Positions 58,753-64,000 of a stretch of 64,000 bases of DNA are shown here, one piece after another. This DNA comes from Takakia lepidozioides. Lineage: Eukaryota > Plantae > Bryophyta. The translations under genes were made by a program, and so were the position numbers. Numbering within the stretch: position 1 is the stretch's first letter; each line of letters begins with the position of its first letter. The stretch lies in assembly GCA_030704615.1 (NCBI GenBank), contig CM060731.1:95914001-95978000 (forward strand), read 5' to 3'. The notes below the pieces were generated by a model. The model worked only from the letters and a program-made list of their open reading frames with translations, ran no database searches and was not told where the DNA came from.

Positions 58753-61700
58753 CAGCTGTGGAATGAATGGATGAGTTGATGGACTCTATATAGATTGCTG
58801 AAGCAATCTGATATAAAATACCAACAGTAAAGGTAACTAGCTAACATGATACGGGAATGAATACAAAATAGGAAACACCCCCATGATACACTAGCTGTAG
58901 GTCATGACTGATTGTTCTGAGCGGGCTGAGTGCTTAGAGATTTCCAAACTCTTCTATTTGGAGTTCCCGCCTCGGATAGCGAAGGGAGGGGTGAGTAGTA
59001 AAAGCCACGCGACATTTGGCGACCATACTGGGGAACGGGTCATGAACAACCAGATGTGACAGGCATCCTCGTGGTGGATCATGGTGGATAGAGAATTAAA
59101 GAATTTGATGTGAAATAAATTCCTGTGAAACTGAGAAGGAAAGATTGTCCAAACGATTCTTTCAGAGGTTCTTGGAATTGCAAACAGTGTAAAGAAAACA
59201 TTTTAAGAGAGTGCACATGATGCTGACCTGAGTGGGGTCTGGAGAAAGGAAGAGTGATAAAGATTTATCAGGTGGCCTGTAGAGGAAGAGCACGTTGGTT
59301 ACCAACACTGGTTTATGTGATAGCATTGCTATCCATTAAGCGAGTAGAGTTTTGAAGGCTGGGAGGAGGAAAGAAAGGTGAATGTTTTATACTTATATGC
59401 ATGAAGAGCTTGTACTGGGAAAGAATTGGATTCCAAAGGATATTTGAGTGGATCAAAACTCACACCGAAAGAACAGCTTTCCAGACTTGTTTGCCATATG
59501 GTTATATGGTAATGGAGACTTCTAGTATAGCCAAGGGTGCATTGAAGCTTGAAAGAAACCCAGGCATATACGAGAGATATTATACGAACGAGAGTTTTGG
59601 TTATTGCCACATTAAAAGAAATGAAAGACATGGGACATGAGTGATGAAAGAGAAGCTAGACGCCAGAGATATTCAGCAAAAAGAGAAAGCTATCTGAAAG
59701 CTAATTATCCATATCTTTGGGAGAGAGGAATAGACATAGGGGAATCATCTGGACCTCTCACACCATTAAGATCAAGAGAGTACATCACCCATACCGAAAG
59801 AACTAGAGTTGGATGCCACTCCTTTTTTTCTTTGCAAGAAAGATTAAGGGAATTGGTACGGGGTGTGAAGCAGTCAATCACGAGGTGAAAGATCTGAGGT
59901 ACATCCCTGGATAAAAGATTTGACAGAAATCTTTGAAATGAGTTGGCATGGAACACCAAAAGTAGGAATCCAGTTTCTGAAGCGGAAGGTGAAGAAGGAG
60001 GAGAGGATGGGCAGAAGCCAACGGAGAGTTCAGACTCTCCAACACCAATTGCAGTGTTGAGTTACATGAGTGAAGAAGAAAACCAAGGGCAGAACTTGGA
60101 GGATGAAAATAGAGAGAAGAAATTGGAAAAGAGGAAGGTATGAAGAAGTAGACCCACAGCTGAGGTTGAGACTACACCAGGACATCCCAACCCGTTGGAC
60201 CTGGATCAAGTGGAGCACTGGATCACAGGCCAACAAAGGTGTCGGCTCAGGGGGACAGGCGGGGGGCTGCTTGGATCTGGCTCTGGGGGACAGGGAGGGG
60301 TGGGAAGTAGTGCAACTGGAGCTGGGAATACTGTGAATATCGTGGGCCAAGTAGCAGGGAGTGCTCAAGGGCCACCACTTTGGTGGAAGACTGATCACCA
60401 CGCAAACAACAGGTCCTGAAGGACCAGCACCAGCAAGTTGGGTGCCAGCACCTATCAGTGGGCAGAAGGTAGGGCCACAGATGGCGTTACACAACCAACA
60501 CAGGCAAAACCACCTTTTCCAATATATTAAGGAAAAAGGGGATCCCGATGTACACATAGCCAATTTGAGCACATGTGTATAGTGAACAATGAGAATGGCG
60601 AGATGATGCAAGATGAGATTGTTTCCCTTGTTACTTACTAAGAAAGCAACAATTGTTGATGTATGCAATTCCTGATAATCATTTCCTAACCTGAAATGGC
60701 TTGAATACAAACATTCCGAAATAGATTCAGGACAAGAAAATTGAGGATGAAGTGTATGGAAGTTTACAACAGTTAAGCAAAAAGAAGCATGAAACTGTTG
60801 AGGAGTATATGAAAAGATGGAATTGATGATGAAAAAGCTGGCTGCTGTACCAGCACCAGGTTTACAAAGACTTGGTGTGAGTGGGACTAAGACCAGAGTT
60901 GCCAAAAGAAAGTGGATATGTTACCCCATAATACAGTGGAGGAGGCATTTGAAACTGCAAATAGATTGAGCAATTGGGAATGCTCAGGAGAGAGAAAAGG
61001 GATGATGAGGACTCTGAGGATGAGTCAGATGAAGAAGAAGAGCAAGAACTAAAATGAAGAGTAAGAGAAAGGAGATTAAAGTTGAAGAGGGATAACTATG
61101 AGAAAATATTAGAAGAAATCTTGAAGAAGTATGCCACAGAGGCTCGCAACACATTGGAGGAAGGGGTGTTTGTGTGCAAAGTGCCAGAATGAAGGCCATA
61201 CACCACTGTGAATGCCACATGAGGAGAAACACTGTACTATCTGAAAAATGGATAACAACTTCTATTGAGAATTGTTACTACACCCAGAAAGACAGCTGCA
61301 AGAGAACCTAGGCAAGTATAAGGTGTGCATCACGTGCAAGCCCAAGCCACAAGAAGAAACACTGATCAGGACCACTATGGTAGGCCTGGTGGTTATAACA
61401 ATGGCATGGAAGGGAGAGGTAATTAAGAGGGAATTACCAAGGAAATTCCAGAGGCAACTATCAGGGTAATCCAAGGGGGAACTACCAGCCAGGGAATCAG
61501 GATTACAGAAATAATCAAGAGCAGACCAAGGCGAGGACCCAATGGTGAAGAACTGTGTTTCACTATTAGTATCAGCCAGGACAATCGCAAGGCAGCCTGT
61601 TCATTCTGGATTAGACACCAGAATGAGATGAGAGCTCCTTGAATGAGGCCTAGTGGTGGCAGCTCCACATGGTTAGGCCATGTGTTGTACCGCAAAGTAA

Positions 61701-64000
61701 GTACGTACATGATAGTAACAAGAAGCAAAGCCAAACTAATCCCTCCAGTAGTTGAGAAGATGATGATAATGAAAGGTGGCAGTGATATGCCTGAAGATGA
61801 TAAGGCTTGGAGAGAGAGAATGGAACTGAACAAGGAAGTGGCAGATACCATAGGGAAAGCAGAAGAGTACTGTATCCTAGTTTCCTGTGGACAGATTCCT
61901 CTGATTCTGATGGAGAAGAAGAAGTGAGTGAGGATGAAAGAAGAGAAAGAAGCTGCAGACATGCAAAGTAATGAAGGGACTTTGGCTGAAGTAATATGCC
62001 AGACCAAAGCAAAGATTACCATTGGACAGCTATTGGCTGTGGCACCTTATTGTAGACACAGGCTGTATCAAAGCAATCAATTGAATTGCCCAGGAGACAG
62101 GAAAACACAGACCTGAACAGCAAGGTGACCAGTTATAATGTGAAGCCGGAAGGGCGAGAAACAGTCATGGACTTTGATGATTCTATGCTAGTAATCCAAT
62201 TGAGAATTGGAAGCACAGAACTAACTGATGTACTGATAGATGGAGGCTCTGGAGTAAATATCATGACAGACCAATTAAGAAAGAAGCTTGGTCTAAGTAA
62301 CATGAAACCAGCCCATTACGAGTAGAATAACAATGGCAGATCAAAGGAGTGTACAGCCATTGGGATTGATAAGAGGAGTTAAGATACAGATACAGAAGAT
62401 GATCTTTATGATCACAGTAACTGTGTTTGAAGATGGATGAAGTCATGGAGGCTTACTCCTTATTATTGGGACGTCTGTGGCTGAAACAGGCCAGGGTATT
62501 TCCATGACTGGAATTCTCAGTTACTAACGTGCATAATGGGATGCACGAGATACAAATTACCACAAAGAAAATCTAGTAGATTACCTGCTACGAGAAGACC
62601 TCGAGGGTCAGAGATTATGACTAGAGAGGAGGGACTGGATGAGGAGCAGGAAGCTACCCTGTTTGCTGCACACCCAGAGTGGGAGCAAGTTGCAGAGATG
62701 TGGCTGGAAGGCCTAAGTTGTTTAAGAGAGGTATCTACTGTGGTGTAGTGTCAGCAACACCAAATTGAAGAGGAAACCAGCAGTTACCCATCACATATTT
62801 CTGAAGAAAGAGAAGAGAAGGAGAAATGGAAATCCTAGAGGAACCAGCCACTGTGAGTTTACAGGATGAAGTGGTGACTGGTTGGACAATCACAGCTCAT
62901 GAGCAGGTGAGGAAGTGAATGTGGGAACTAAAGAGGAACCAAGGATGGTGAAGGTAGGAGCTGATTTGGAGCCAGATTCTTTGAAGAAGCTAAGAGTTTG
63001 TTCATCAAATACAGAGATGTATTTGCTTGGAGCTACGAGGATCTAAAAGAGGATACCACCTGAGATCTGTCAGCCAAGATTGAACTGGAACCAGGATCAG
63101 TACCAATAAGCAGGCAAGGTACAGAATGAATCGCAACTATGCACAGAAGGTTGGAGAAGAGATCAAGAAGTGACTGAGGCTAAGTTTATATACCCAATAG
63201 AGTATACAACTTGGTTGTCCCCCATTGTGATAGTTCCCAAGAAGAATGGTAAACTAAGAGTTTGTGTGAACTACAAGAAGCTGAATGCTTGTACGAAGAA
63301 AGATCCTTTCCCTTTGCCATTCACAGAAGCAGTATTGGATACTGTGGCAGGCCATGAAAGTTTTCATTCATGGATGGCTTCAGTGGTTATAATAAGTGCA
63401 AGTGGCAGAAGAAGACCAAGGAAAGACAGCTTCATCACAGACTGGGGTGCTTATGCATACAAAGTCATGCCCTTTGGACTTTGTAATGCACCAGCAACCT
63501 TCAGAGAGTGATAAGTGAATCTTTTCATGAGTATCTGGATGATTTCATGTAGGTGTTCTTGGATGATTTCAGTGAGTACAGCTCTAAGAATGAGCACTTG
63601 CATAAATTGGAGTTATGTCTGGCCAGATGCAGGATGAGAGGTCCGAGCCTGAATCCAGAGAAGTGTACTTTCTGTGTGAACTCAGGGGTGCTTCTGGGAC
63701 ACATTGTGTGTAAGAGGGGACTTCTTGTGGATCCCAGGAAAATAGAGGCCATTAAAGCCTCTCCACCACCAGTGAATGTTAAGAGTCTAAGGAGATTCCT
63801 TGGCAAACAAGCTATTACAGAAGATTTGTCAGACGGTATGCACAGATAGCAGCACCATTGAGCAAACTTCTGAAGAAAGATGCAGTGTTTGCATGGACAC
63901 CTGAATGTCAACAGGCTTTTGAGGAACTTACATTGTCAGTAACAACTACACCTGTGCTGATTAATCCTCACTGGCAGGAAATATTTCATGTTCACTGTGA
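58753..64000 (+). mobile_element. Ty3/gypsy copy: 3' part of LTR (58753-59014), PBS, 5' ORF, indel-riddled gag-PR-RT, running off the window
   Basis: Colinear with 31881-36873, with many 1-3 bp indels. Confidence 0.9.

Noticed and set aside
59014-63200. Programmed frameshifting or ancient decay in gag-pol
   Set aside because: Dense small indels with high substitution identity to other copies look like unpolished long-read error.

Overview
Eukaryotic, gene-free, heavily nested transposon DNA. It is probably from a land plant, judging from GT-AG introns, plant-type Ty3/gypsy primer-binding sites and CG/CHG-type mutations; no host gene is evident. The key object is a ~13.1 kb Mutator-like (MULE) DNA transposon at 12352-25431. 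It has short imperfect TIRs and two divergent spliced genes. One is a ~1169 aa transposase (GCM/WRKY-like Zn domain, MULE DDE, extra Cys-rich region, SWIM). The other is a nine-exon ~1318 aa gene fusing a ParB/Sulfiredoxin-like domain to a bacterial-type beta-class N6A/N4C DNA methyltransferase fold with an atypical catalytic motif (DIPD instead of DPPY/SPPY). The element's non-coding DNA (intergenic region, introns, both subtermini) carries dozens of copies of the palindrome (GA)ATTTCGGCGCCGAAAT(TC), often at ~63-66 bp spacing. A near-identical second copy (1-9752, running off the window) lies tail-to-tail 2.6 kb away and forms a ~9.75 kb-arm inverted repeat. The complete copy sits inside the last exon of an older, diverged paralogous MTase element. 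The rest is nested non-chromovirus Ty3/gypsy retrotransposons with extra 5' and 3' ORFs, an AT-rich short-LTR non-autonomous element, and a 500-N scaffold gap (42233-42732). Two CACTA ends share a TSD but face the same way, implying an inversion or mis-oriented contig. All domain calls come from motif reading by eye, not database searches.
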